Notes under the pieces: model-generated
The model's input: only the letters and a program-made list of their open reading frames with translations
The model's database searches: none
Told to the model about the DNA's origin: nothing
DNA from: Candidatus Bathyarchaeia archaeon
GTDB taxonomy: Archaea; Thermoproteota; Bathyarchaeia; Bathyarchaeales; Bathycorpusculaceae
Length of the DNA: 64,000 nucleotides
Direction: 5' to 3'
Assembly (NCBI GenBank): GCA_038883795.1
Contig: JAVZLK010000005.1
Location: forward strand, 1 to 64,000
Position numbers and translations under genes: made by a program
Shown: in pieces, positions 38,631 through 50,020 of the stretch
Numbering within the stretch: position 1 is the first letter of the stretch
Layout: each line of letters opens with the position of its first letter

Positions 38631-39817
38631 TAATAGAACCCCCTTCCAGCCTTTTTGCCAGTCCATCCCTTGCTAACATACTCTTCTAATAGTGGACAGG
38701 GCTTGTAAAGTTCCAGATTATATTTCGCATACAATTCCTTAAGCCTATTAAGCATTGTATCCAAGCCCATTCTGTCAGCATACTCGCATGGTCCAGAAGG
38801 CCAATAGGTTCCCAACTTCATTCCAGTATCAATGTCTGCTGGGTTTGCAGCATCATCATAGATAAGCCAAGCGGCTTCGTTGGCAGCCACCGCCCAGGAC
38901 CTTTCAACATCATATTCCTCAAGAAGGTTAAATGGTATTCTCGGTCTTCCTTTAGTCCAATCGTAAAAGCCCATGCCTGTTTTTTGTCCAAGCTTGCCTC
39001 CTTTCACCAAGGGTTCGATTACTTCTGCGCATGGTTTCATTCTTTCACCATAAGCCTCATACAAGATTTTACCCACTTCGTAGGCTATGTCTAAGCCAAC
39101 AAAATCCGCCAGCTCAAACCAGCCCATTGGAAAGCCGCCGCTATATTTTACTGAGGCGTCTATCCCCTCTTTTGTGGCTTCTCCCCTGTGGAATGCCCAG
39201 AAGGCTTCGTTAAAAACTGCGCCTAATATTCTGTTCACTATAAAGCCACGAACGTCTTTTCGCACTACTATGGGCGTTTTTCCAAGTTTTTTGGCAAGTT
39301 CCACCAGCAAATTTATGGTTTCTTGGCTTGTGCCTTCGCCCTTAATAACTTCAACCAAAGCCATCAGCTGGGGTGGGTTGAAGAAGTGCATTCCAGCCAC
39401 TTTTTCTGGACGTTTTGTTGCTTTTCCCATTTCTGTTATGCTTAATGTTGAAGTGTTAGATGCAAATATTGCATGCGAAGGAGCCAACTGATCAAGGGTT
39501 GCGAAAACCTTCTTCTTAACCTCAATATTTTCCACAACTGCTTCTACAGCTAGGTCTATGTCTTTCGCTGCTTGCTCATAACTTGTTGTCGTATTTATCC
39601 GCGCTAAAGTTGCTGCTGCATCTTCTGTCCTTATCCGTTTTTTCTCCACAAATTTATCTAAACTCCATTTAATTTTCTCCATCCCCTTTCGCAGAAGTTC
39701 ATCGCTTATATCCACCATCGCAACCTCGTAGCCAGCCATTGCCAAAAGCTGAGCAATTCCATGACCCATTGCTCCAGAACCTATAACTGCCGCTTTTTTC
39801 AAATTTTCAATAGTCAC
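38630..39817 (-). CDS. 3-hydroxyacyl-CoA dehydrogenase
   Basis: GSGAMGHGIA, ASNTS, GMHFFNP, duplicated C-terminal domain. Confidence 0.95.
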   Translation of the reverse strand: MTIENLKKAAVIGSGAMGHGIAQLLAMAGYEVAMVDISDELLRKGMEKIKWSLDKFVEKKRIRTEDAAATLARINTTTSYEQAAKDIDLAVEAVVENIEVKKKVFATLDQLAPSHAIFASNTSTLSITEMGKATKRPEKVAGMHFFNPPQLMALVEVIKGEGTSQETINLLVELAKKLGKTPIVVRKDVRGFIVNRILGAVFNEAFWAFHRGEATKEGIDASVKYSGGFPMGWFELADFVGLDIAYEVGKILYEAYGERMKPCAEVIEPLVKGGKLGQKTGMGFYDWTKGRPRIPFNLLEEYDVERSWAVAANEAAWLIYDDAANPADIDTGMKLGTYWPSGPCEYADRMGLDTMLNRLKELYAKYNLELYKPCPLLEEYVSKGWTGKKAGRGFY

Positions 39818-39938
39818 AAATTTTCCTCCTTTCTAATGCGTAATGTTGAAGTGGCAAAGGTAATAAGATTTTTGAAAAGAAAAAGCGGAATTTCCTTAAA
39901 ACTCACTGGATTTATCGAAAATAAAGAAGGAGAAACGG

Positions 39939-41093
39939 CTAAGTTTGTTTTTGTAGGAAATTGATTATGGTAAGTTTTTGAATTTCGCTTGTTCCTTCGT
40001 AAATTTCAGTTATCTTTGCGCAGCGGTGAAAACGTTCCACATGATAGTCTGCCAAATAGCCGTATCCTCCAAAGATTTGGATAGCCTCATCCGTGACTTC
40101 CATGGCTACTCGGCTGGCGTAAGCTTTTGCCATAGAAGTTGCCATCGGGTTTGGTTTTTCCTTATCGTAGAGCCATGCTGCCTTATATGTCATTAAGCGG
40201 GCTGCCTCTATTTTCATAGCCATTTCAGCAAGTTTGAAGGATACCCCCTGGAAGTTTATTAGTGGTTGGCCAAATTGTTTGCGAGTTTTAGCATAGTTCA
40301 GGGCTCTTTCAAAGGCTCCTTGAGCCATTCCGACTGCTTGGGCTGCAACAGTAATGCGGGTTCCATCAAAAAGCTCTAGCGCATAATAAAAGCCCTTGTT
40401 TAATTCGCCAACCAAGTTTGCTTCTGGCACTCTTAAATCGCTTAGAGAAAGCGAACCAGTAACGCATGGTTTTATTCCCATCTTTCCATGCAATTTTGTG
40501 GCTTCTAATCCTGGCATGCCCTTTTCTGCTAGGAATAGGCTTTGTCCTCTATGGGGTGGTGTTGCATTTGGGTCTGTCTGGCACAATATTATGAAGGTGT
40601 CTGCTATAGGAGCGTTTGTAATGAATTGTTTATCGCCATTAATAACCCACTCATTTCCATCTTTGATGGCTGTGGTATCCATTCGTGTTATGTCGCTTCC
40701 ATGTTCTGGTTCTGTGAAGGCGGCTGCAGCAATTTTCTCTCCTTTCGCAAGGGGCGGAATGTATTTTTCTTTTTGCTCTTCGCTGCCATGTTTTAGAAGC
40801 ACATCCGGCACCATAAGGTTTCCAAGAGAAACAGCCACGCCTAAACCGGGATCCACTCGGCACATTTCTTCGACAACTATGCACTCTTCTAGGACGCCGT
40901 AGCCTTGTCCGCCATATTCTGTTGGTATCCTCATGCTTGTAAATCCGAGTTGGGCTGCCTTTTTGTAAAGTGCCATTGGAAAATCTTCTTTTTTGTCGTA
41001 TTCTAAAGCGAGTTCTGGTGTGAACTCTTTTTCGCAGAATTCTCGGACGGCACGCTTTATTTCTTGTTGTTCCTCGTTTAGTTTAAACTCCAT
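39939..41093 (-). CDS. Acyl-CoA dehydrogenase (first paralog)
   Basis: FTEPEHGSD, KQFITN, GGYGY, IYEGTSEIQ. Confidence 0.95.
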   Translation of the reverse strand: MEFKLNEEQQEIKRAVREFCEKEFTPELALEYDKKEDFPMALYKKAAQLGFTSMRIPTEYGGQGYGVLEECIVVEEMCRVDPGLGVAVSLGNLMVPDVLLKHGSEEQKEKYIPPLAKGEKIAAAAFTEPEHGSDITRMDTTAIKDGNEWVINGDKQFITNAPIADTFIILCQTDPNATPPHRGQSLFLAEKGMPGLEATKLHGKMGIKPCVTGSLSLSDLRVPEANLVGELNKGFYYALELFDGTRITVAAQAVGMAQGAFERALNYAKTRKQFGQPLINFQGVSFKLAEMAMKIEAARLMTYKAAWLYDKEKPNPMATSMAKAYASRVAMEVTDEAIQIFGGYGYLADYHVERFHRCAKITEIYEGTSEIQKLTIINFLQKQT

Positions 41094-41125
41094 TTTCAGT
41101 TTTCTCCTTTCAAGGTTTTAGAAGT

Positions 41126-42115
41126 TTAGGCTTTCTGTCCCTTCAACTCATAAATCTTGTTCTTCAAAGACGGCACAATTTTAAACAAGTCTTCAACAAC
41201 GCCATAGTCTGCGAAACTGAATATCGGCGCATTTGGGTCTTTGTTTATGGCTATTATCAAATCAGAGTTTTTCATCCCCAAAACATGCTGAAAGGCACCA
41301 CTTATTCCAACAGCAATATAAAGCTTCGGTTTTACGGTTTTTCCTGAACTTCCAACTTGGCGGTCATTGGGAAGCCAGCCCTTATCCACTATTGGACGTG
41401 AGCAGGCGAGAACTGCGCCTATGCTTTTGGCAAAATCCTCTATTAGGGGTATGTTGCTTTGGTCTTTTATTCCTCGACCTATTCCAACAAGTTTTTCTGC
41501 GGCGGTTATGTCAACTCCGCCAGGAGGCGGCAATACATACTGAATGAAGCGTTTCGTGATTACCTCTTCCGTGAGAGGCGATGGTTTTTCTATTATTTCT
41601 CCATTTAGTGGCGTGGCTGGTTTTTGGGCTGTAAATGCTGCTTGGCGAACTGTTACCATGTAGCTTTCTGCTTTGCGCATGGTTGCTTTTACGTTCACTT
41701 TTCCTCCATACATTTGCCTAGTAACACTCAGCGTGTCACCTTCCCATGTGAGGTCTATGCAGTCAGTGGCAAGTGGAATATTCAAGGCTGCAGCAAGTCT
41801 TGGAGCCAACTCAATGCCATAAGACGTATGCCCAATCATTGTTAAGATCGGCTTATATTCCTTAATGAGGTTTGTTAGCACTTTTTGATAAGCTTCAGAA
41901 TTAAAGTTTTCAAGTTTTGCGTCTTCAACAACCAAAACTTTTTTGGCATATTCAGTTAATGCCTTCGCTTTTTCCTTAACTTCTTTGCCAAGAATCACCG
42001 CAGTTAATTCCATGCCTGCCTTTTCTGCAGTTTCTCTAGCTTTTGTCAACATTTCATAAGTTATATCGCGGATTTGTCCTTGCCTATGCTCTGCTAAAAC
42101 AAAAATTTCCGCCAT
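41126..42115 (-). CDS. etfA: Electron transfer flavoprotein subunit alpha
   Basis: GRG, SRPIVD.GW, QVGSSG, GISGAFQH, AINKD. Confidence 0.95.
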   Translation of the reverse strand: MAEIFVLAEHRQGQIRDITYEMLTKARETAEKAGMELTAVILGKEVKEKAKALTEYAKKVLVVEDAKLENFNSEAYQKVLTNLIKEYKPILTMIGHTSYGIELAPRLAAALNIPLATDCIDLTWEGDTLSVTRQMYGGKVNVKATMRKAESYMVTVRQAAFTAQKPATPLNGEIIEKPSPLTEEVITKRFIQYVLPPPGGVDITAAEKLVGIGRGIKDQSNIPLIEDFAKSIGAVLACSRPIVDKGWLPNDRQVGSSGKTVKPKLYIAVGISGAFQHVLGMKNSDLIIAINKDPNAPIFSFADYGVVEDLFKIVPSLKNKIYELKGQKA

Positions 42116-42904
42116 TTATATCAACCCCCTTGCCTTTAGGATTTCAGCAATTTTCGCAGCAATCTCGTCTGGGGTTCCTTTGAGAAATTCTGCTTGCTTT
42201 TCAGTTGGCGGCACATAAAGCTTCTCTATTTTAAGCCAAGAACCAGCATCGCCAACATCAGCCTCAGACAAGCCTGTATCTGCTAATGTCATAACTTTTA
42301 TTTCTTTTTGCATAGCCTTTCGAATGCCCATTATAGAAACATAGCGGGGCTCATTAATGCCCGTCTGAACGGAAATTAATGCTGGCAACTTTATTTCAAG
42401 CTGCTCTTCTAAACCGCCTTCCAATTCACGGTTAACCTTGGCTGCTCCAGCCTCCAACTCAATTTTTTTAACCATTGTCGTGTGAGGGATTCCGAGCATT
42501 TCAGCCAATATTGGGCCTACCATGGCGTAGCCATCATCGCTAGCCTGCATGCCAGTCAAAATCAAATCGTAATGAAGCGTTTTGATGACGCTGTGCAAAA
42601 TTTTTGCTATGGCATAAGCGTCTGAGCCAGCAAATTTTGGGTCTGTTAGGCGTATGGCTCTGTCTGCTCCACGGGCTAAACACTTGCGCAGTGTGCTGTC
42701 TGACTCTTCAGTGCCTATGGTTATGGCTGTAACTGTTCCGCCAAATTTCTCTTTGATGCGCACAGCCTCTTCCAAAGCATAATCGTCCCACTCATTAATG
42801 TCGAAGACCAACCCAGCCTTTTCTATGCCTTTGCCGCTAGCATCAATTTTTAGTTCCGCCTCTGCAGTTTCTGGAACATGCTTAACACAAACAATAATAT
42901 CCAA
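42116..42904 (-). CDS. etfB: Electron transfer flavoprotein subunit beta
   Basis: IIVCVKHVP, ALEEA, GMQASDD, NEPRY. Confidence 0.95.
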   Translation of the reverse strand: MDIIVCVKHVPETAEAELKIDASGKGIEKAGLVFDINEWDDYALEEAVRIKEKFGGTVTAITIGTEESDSTLRKCLARGADRAIRLTDPKFAGSDAYAIAKILHSVIKTLHYDLILTGMQASDDGYAMVGPILAEMLGIPHTTMVKKIELEAGAAKVNRELEGGLEEQLEIKLPALISVQTGINEPRYVSIMGIRKAMQKEIKVMTLADTGLSEADVGDAGSWLKIEKLYVPPTEKQAEFLKGTPDEIAAKIAEILKARGLI

Positions 42905-43047
42905 TTCGCTTTGCTCTCCCCATGTTTGAATCCTTCATTTACAACCGTTTTTCATAAAACTTTTGCTTCAAAAACGATTTTAACACCATTAAGCTCTTAT
43001 TTTTGTAAAATTGCCAATAATGTTATAATTGCAAATCTTATTATTTA

Positions 43048-43479
43048 TTGGTGCTGATTGGGATGCCAATAAACATTGACCAACTTAAACAAAGAATAAA
43101 TGAAATTCTCGAATCGGAGACTGAAATTAAACGTTTAACATCAAAATCTTACACTAAAATGAGCATAGAAGAAAAATACGCTGTTAGATATCATATCATA
43201 GTGACTGCGGAAGCTTTAGGAAGCATATGCCTTCAAATAGCCATGGAAGACCTTAAACTTGCACCACAGTCATACTCAGAATGCTTCAAAATAATGGAAA
43301 AAGAAGGTATCTGTGACTGTGCTAAGGATTTAATCGCACTGATGCGTCTCAGAAACCTATTAACACATCGTTATTGGATAACAGACGACGCCAAAATCTA
43401 CGATTCCATCAAAAACAACTTCAAGGCTGTAGACAGATTCTTAAAGAGCGTGAAGGAAAAATATGCAATCAACGTATGA
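43048..43479 (+). CDS. HEPN (DUF86/HepT-like) RNase toxin
   Basis: RNLLTHRY matches the RX4HXY motif; true start may be ATG at 43063. Confidence 0.87.
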   Translation: MVLIGMPINIDQLKQRINEILESETEIKRLTSKSYTKMSIEEKYAVRYHIIVTAEALGSICLQIAMEDLKLAPQSYSECFKIMEKEGICDCAKDLIALMRLRNLLTHRYWITDDAKIYDSIKNNFKAVDRFLKSVKEKYAINV

Positions 43480-43834
43480 TAAAATACAATTCTACAAGCT
43501 TAATCAAAAAGGGAAAGAAGAAATAATCAAAAAAATCAGAAAATTATTAGCAAACCAGAAAAGAGTTCAGCTTGCAATACTTTTTGGAAGCATAACGACA
43601 CGAGAGTACATAAGGGATATAGATTTATGCATACATTCAAACCCAAAATTAAATTTCGAAGAATTGCTTGACCTAAACGCTAGAATAGAGCTAGCCCTTG
43701 GCGTTCCAGTCGACCTTGTGGAGCTGAAAAACCTTTCTCCAAATTTTCAAACAAACATCTTAAGAAATGGCATTCTAATAAAAGGACAAAAAACACTATT
43801 GAATAAGCTTCTAAACCAAGCAACCATTCAATAG
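43463..43834 (+). CDS. Minimal nucleotidyltransferase (MNT/MntA-like antitoxin)
   Basis: LFGS...DID and VDLV; overlaps the HEPN gene. Confidence 0.88.
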   Translation: MQSTYDKIQFYKLNQKGKEEIIKKIRKLLANQKRVQLAILFGSITTREYIRDIDLCIHSNPKLNFEELLDLNARIELALGVPVDLVELKNLSPNFQTNILRNGILIKGQKTLLNKLLNQATIQ

Positions 43835-43888
43835 GCTTATGGCTAATTTATAATAAATTTATCTCTAGAAGTGGGAAGCGCTATTGGC

Positions 43889-46119
<2,231 letters not shown>

Positions 46120-46127
<8 letters not shown>

Positions 46128-47349
46128 TTGCTTTCGCCTCCACAGCTTCAATTTTTAACGGCGACATAGCAGCTATCTTTTTGAAAAATTCTTCAAATTT
46201 TTGATTAAATTCTCCTACACATCTGGGCGAAACTGTAAAAAGCTCAAACCGTTCAAGTAGTCCAGTCTTTTTTAGGAAGTTTTTAAGCACATCCATATTC
46301 CTATCGGCTGTTTCCCTTCCCTCTTGAAGTTTGCAGTCTTCTGCCGAACAAACAACAGCCATGACACCGTCAAAACCGCTGTGTAAGGCTTCTACAACGT
46401 GAACCGGGTCTAGAGCCTTGAAGCATGGAATTTCCATGACTACTGCCTTCTTCTTAAAAAGTAGGCATTCTGGGTCGTCTAAACAAGAAAATTCTGACCA
46501 TTGACAGCAGAAAATAAGTATGGATGGAAAGCTGGCTTCAGTTTTCATTTTTCTAGCTGCTTCTCCGTAAAGTCTCACTAATTTGCTAATGTTTTCGAAT
46601 TCGAAACCTTTAACCTGAATTGCCAAATGTGGACAAACAAGTGCGCATGCTCCACAACCCATGCACGCTTCCTGAATTATTCGTGGTGTTGCAAACTCTT
46701 CAGCTTCTATGGCGCCGTATGGGCATATAAAAACGCATTTGTCGCAGCCAACACATTTTTCTGTGTCATAAACAGCCTTATGTGAATACTTAATAACTTT
46801 CAACGCTTCTTTGCTGAAGCCTAACTGCTCCAGAACAGCTTGGCTAAGCATAAGCCTTCTAGTGTTAATTTTTGTTCCCCTTTTGAAGCGGCAAAACTCG
46901 TCCTCACATTGTATGGAAACAATGTTTTTTATGCCAGAATTTAACGCTTTGAAAATGAATTCTGTGGGCACTCTTCCAGAGCATGGTAAACGTAATGGTA
47001 TGTAGCTTTTTATGTTTAAACCTTGACTTTCAAGAATATCCTCAATTTCACATGTGGCGGGAGAGTTTCCCCTACACATGAGAACAAGCGTATCGCCCTT
47101 CTCCTTTTCCCTCATACAATTAACATAGTTTAGTAAACTTTCATAATTGTAATAGACAATTTCTATCGCCAAAGACGGACATGCGCTATAACATATTCCG
47201 CAAACTTGGCATTTTTGAAGGTCTATTTCTACCTTTCCCGTTTCAGCGTCACGTTTTATAGCCTCGTAAGGACATATGGAATGGCATATTGAACATCTGC
47301 TACAATAGTCTTGGTTAATGGTTACTGCGGCAGCGCAAGGTTCACTCAT
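46120..47349 (-). CDS. Tandem (2x[4Fe-4S] ferredoxin + MvhD)x2 protein
   Basis: Four CxxCxxCxxxCP motifs in two pairs, each pair followed by an MvhD-like domain (MC..PCSGR..C....C and FCC..PC..C....C). Confidence 0.85.
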
Positions 47350-47457
47350 CTACATTCCTCCAACGCTTTGCGGTTAAACGATTTTGCTTCAAATTTGCGT
47401 TAAGGTTTAGAATTCTTGAAAAGAGTGTTCCAAAAATATAATGATTTTGGAATGGGT

Positions 47458-48402
47458 TTACGGTTTATAATAGTAAGGTCTTCGGATGTAACCATAAGCC
47501 TCTAGAGCTGCAGTTATACCTTGCCCCACAGCAGTTCCAACTTGCTTAACCGGATGATTTGTGACGTCGCCGGCAGCATAAACCCCTGGAATGTTTGTTC
47601 TTTGGCGAATGTCAACCATAATATAACCATCCTCATCAACAGCGACGCCCGCTTCCTTAGCTAGTTGACTGTTTGGGTCTTCTCCAACCTGAACAAAAAC
47701 GCCGTCAACAAGCAACTCCTCAGTTTCCCTAGTCTTATTGTTAAAAATTATAACTTTGTTAACTAACCTTTCGCCCTTAATTTCACTAATTTCCGTGTTC
47801 CACAAAATTTCAACATTCCCCCTAGCCTTTAAGGCTTTAACAAGCGCCTCCTCTGCTCTAAATTCTTCTCTGCGATGGGCAATCTTAACTTCTGAAGCCA
47901 AATCTGCTAAGTATAAGGCTGTTATGACAGCAGAGTTTCCGCCACCAATAACAAGCACACGTTTTCCCTTAAACAAAGGTCCATCACAAATGCCACAGTA
48001 ACTAACGCCTCTACCACGAAATTCTTTCTCTCCTCGAACGCCCAATTCACGGTAATGCGAGCCGGAAGCGATTATAACGGCCTTTGCTTCATATGTGGTT
48101 TTATTTGTCTTTATAATTTTTTTATCGCCTTTAAGGTTCATTTCAACAACTTTTTCAAATTCGTGGACTGTGGCGCCGGCTTTTCTGCAGTGAGTCACCA
48201 TTTTTTGGGCTAATTCCATTCCGTTTATAGTTTGAAATCCTGGATAATTCTCAATTATAGGCGCATCAGCCGTTGTTCCTCCGGCCAATTTCTCGTCTAA
48301 AACAAGTGTTTTTAGTCCGCTTCTTGCGCCATAAATTCCGGCGGCTAAGCCTGCAGCGCCTCCGCCGATTATTATTAGGTCCCAGTTTTCCATGTTCAGC
48401 AA
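47458..48402 (-). CDS. trxB: Thioredoxin reductase
   Basis: ENYPGF, GVSYCGICDG, GGGNSA, HRREEFRA, AAGD. Confidence 0.94.
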   Translation of the reverse strand: MLNMENWDLIIIGGGAAGLAAGIYGARSGLKTLVLDEKLAGGTTADAPIIENYPGFQTINGMELAQKMVTHCRKAGATVHEFEKVVEMNLKGDKKIIKTNKTTYEAKAVIIASGSHYRELGVRGEKEFRGRGVSYCGICDGPLFKGKRVLVIGGGNSAVITALYLADLASEVKIAHRREEFRAEEALVKALKARGNVEILWNTEISEIKGERLVNKVIIFNNKTRETEELLVDGVFVQVGEDPNSQLAKEAGVAVDEDGYIMVDIRQRTNIPGVYAAGDVTNHPVKQVGTAVGQGITAALEAYGYIRRPYYYKP

Positions 48403-48443
48403 CCTTGAAACAAATAGTTTGGTATTGTTTAAATGGGTTATGC

Positions 48444-48587
48444 CTAATATTCTTCGTCTTCGTAATCCATGTCCGCTATTTCTATTTCATAACATTCTTG
48501 GCATAAGCCATCAAAGGTTTCATACTCTTCTTTTGTGATTCTCTTGCCACACATTATACACTCATAAACTTCCTCTTTCTCATTCAT
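48444..48587 (-). CDS. 47-aa acidic CxxC-x15-CxxC microprotein (not in the ORF track)
   Basis: MNEKEEVYECIMCGKRITKEEYETFDGLCQECYEIEIADMDYEDEEY; starts 1 bp after the upstream paralog stop. Confidence 0.8.
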   Translation of the reverse strand: MNEKEEVYECIMCGKRITKEEYETFDGLCQECYEIEIADMDYEDEEY

Positions 48588-48588
48588 T

Positions 48589-48753
48589 TTACATAACGTC
48601 TCCAAACATCATAAGCGATTCTTCAGTCATCTGGTCGTCCCAGCATTCCCAGCACATTTCATCATACGCTTCATACTCTTCTCGGCTAATTTCTCGACCG
48701 CAAACAGAACAATAATACTTTTCTTCCTTTTTCTTCTTTTTCTGTTTCTTCAA
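48589..48753 (-). CDS. 54-aa CxxC-x15-CxxC microprotein (not in the ORF track)
   Basis: TTG start; MKKQKKKKKEEKYYCSVCGREISREEYEAYDEMCWECWDDQMTEESLMMFGDVM; paralog of the next ORF. Confidence 0.78.
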   Translation of the reverse strand: MKKQKKKKKEEKYYCSVCGREISREEYEAYDEMCWECWDDQMTEESLMMFGDVM

Positions 48754-48810
48754 ATGGAATCGCTAACACATTTACAAAAATTAGAAATAATAGCCTAAAA
48801 ACATTATGAA

Positions 48811-49932
48811 TTACAAAGCAAGCGTTAACAATTCTGCTATGTCCATTACTTGAATTTTGCCTTCATTTCCAGTCGTCTTAACCGCATCTTCGATAGTTAA
48901 TAAGCAGAAGGGGCATGCCACAGCCAAAATTTCTGCACCAGCAGCAACAGCATCCTTAACGCGAATTTCTGCTAAACGTGGTCCTGGAATGTCAACCCAC
49001 ATTCTTCCGCCGCCACCTTCGCAGCACAAACTACGAGCTCTTGAACGGTCAAACTCCAACAATGTTACGCCTGGTATGCTTTCAATGACTTTTCTAGGCT
49101 CTTCATAAATGTTGTTTTGTTTTCCAAGGAAACATGGGTCATGATAGATAACTTTCTTTTTCACTTCTTTCGAGAACGTTAGTTTTTTGTCGTCAATTAG
49201 TTTTGCCAATAATTGTGTGTGATGTTGAACTTCAAAGCTTGTTTGGTTGTAACGGTTTTTGAAGGCATGAAACCCATGGGGACAATTTGTAACAGTCTGT
49301 TTTATGTTGTATTTGTTGAATATTTTCATGTTCTCTTCTACAAGAAATTCGAATAAGCCCTTCTCGCCCATACCATAAACTTCGCTTCCACAACAACTTT
49401 CTTCATCGCCTAAAACGCCGAAGTTTAAGCCCGCTTTCTGGAAGCAATTTACAAGCGCTTTGGCTACGTTTTGAACTCTTGGGTCGTAGGCTGAAGTGCA
49501 ACCCACATAATATAGGGTTTCTGCGCCTTGAGAAACATGCTTGACATTTAAGCCTTGAAGCCACTCGGAACGTTTGCTGCGAATTCTAGCCCATGGATTG
49601 CCATTTTTGAATATGCTTTCAAGAGCATCACGGATTGTTGGAGAAATTTGTCCCTCTTCAACTGCCATGCTGCGAATATCAATCAAAAATTCGTATGGGT
49701 TAAGGTCTTTTGGACATCGAACGCCGCAGGTGGAGCATGTTGTGCAACTCCACAACTCATTTTGCGGATGTATTGTTAACTTGCCCAGAGCGGAGACTTC
49801 CCGCATATATCGCCTAATATTCAAATTAGCCTTCTTTGAAACTGGACAAGCGCCAGTGCACATTCCACATTGAATACATTCAAGAAGCTTATGCTTTTGG
49901 ATGAGTTCTTGAACGTTCATTTTATACATCAC
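48811..49932 (-). CDS. Soluble HdrD/GlpC-like Fe-S oxidoreductase (HdrC-like domain + two CCG domains)
   Basis: CIQCGMCTGACP, CTTCSTC...CP, YVGC, CCGS, HDPC, CCEG, ACPFC. Confidence 0.9.
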   Translation of the reverse strand: MMYKMNVQELIQKHKLLECIQCGMCTGACPVSKKANLNIRRYMREVSALGKLTIHPQNELWSCTTCSTCGVRCPKDLNPYEFLIDIRSMAVEEGQISPTIRDALESIFKNGNPWARIRSKRSEWLQGLNVKHVSQGAETLYYVGCTSAYDPRVQNVAKALVNCFQKAGLNFGVLGDEESCCGSEVYGMGEKGLFEFLVEENMKIFNKYNIKQTVTNCPHGFHAFKNRYNQTSFEVQHHTQLLAKLIDDKKLTFSKEVKKKVIYHDPCFLGKQNNIYEEPRKVIESIPGVTLLEFDRSRARSLCCEGGGGRMWVDIPGPRLAEIRVKDAVAAGAEILAVACPFCLLTIEDAVKTTGNEGKIQVMDIAELLTLAL

Positions 49933-50020
49933 TTTTGTTGCCTCTTAGAGGTAAGATTTTTAATAAGTCTTATCCTTTCTATCAATCCAAACAGACCATG
50001 AAAACTGGAGATTAATACCG

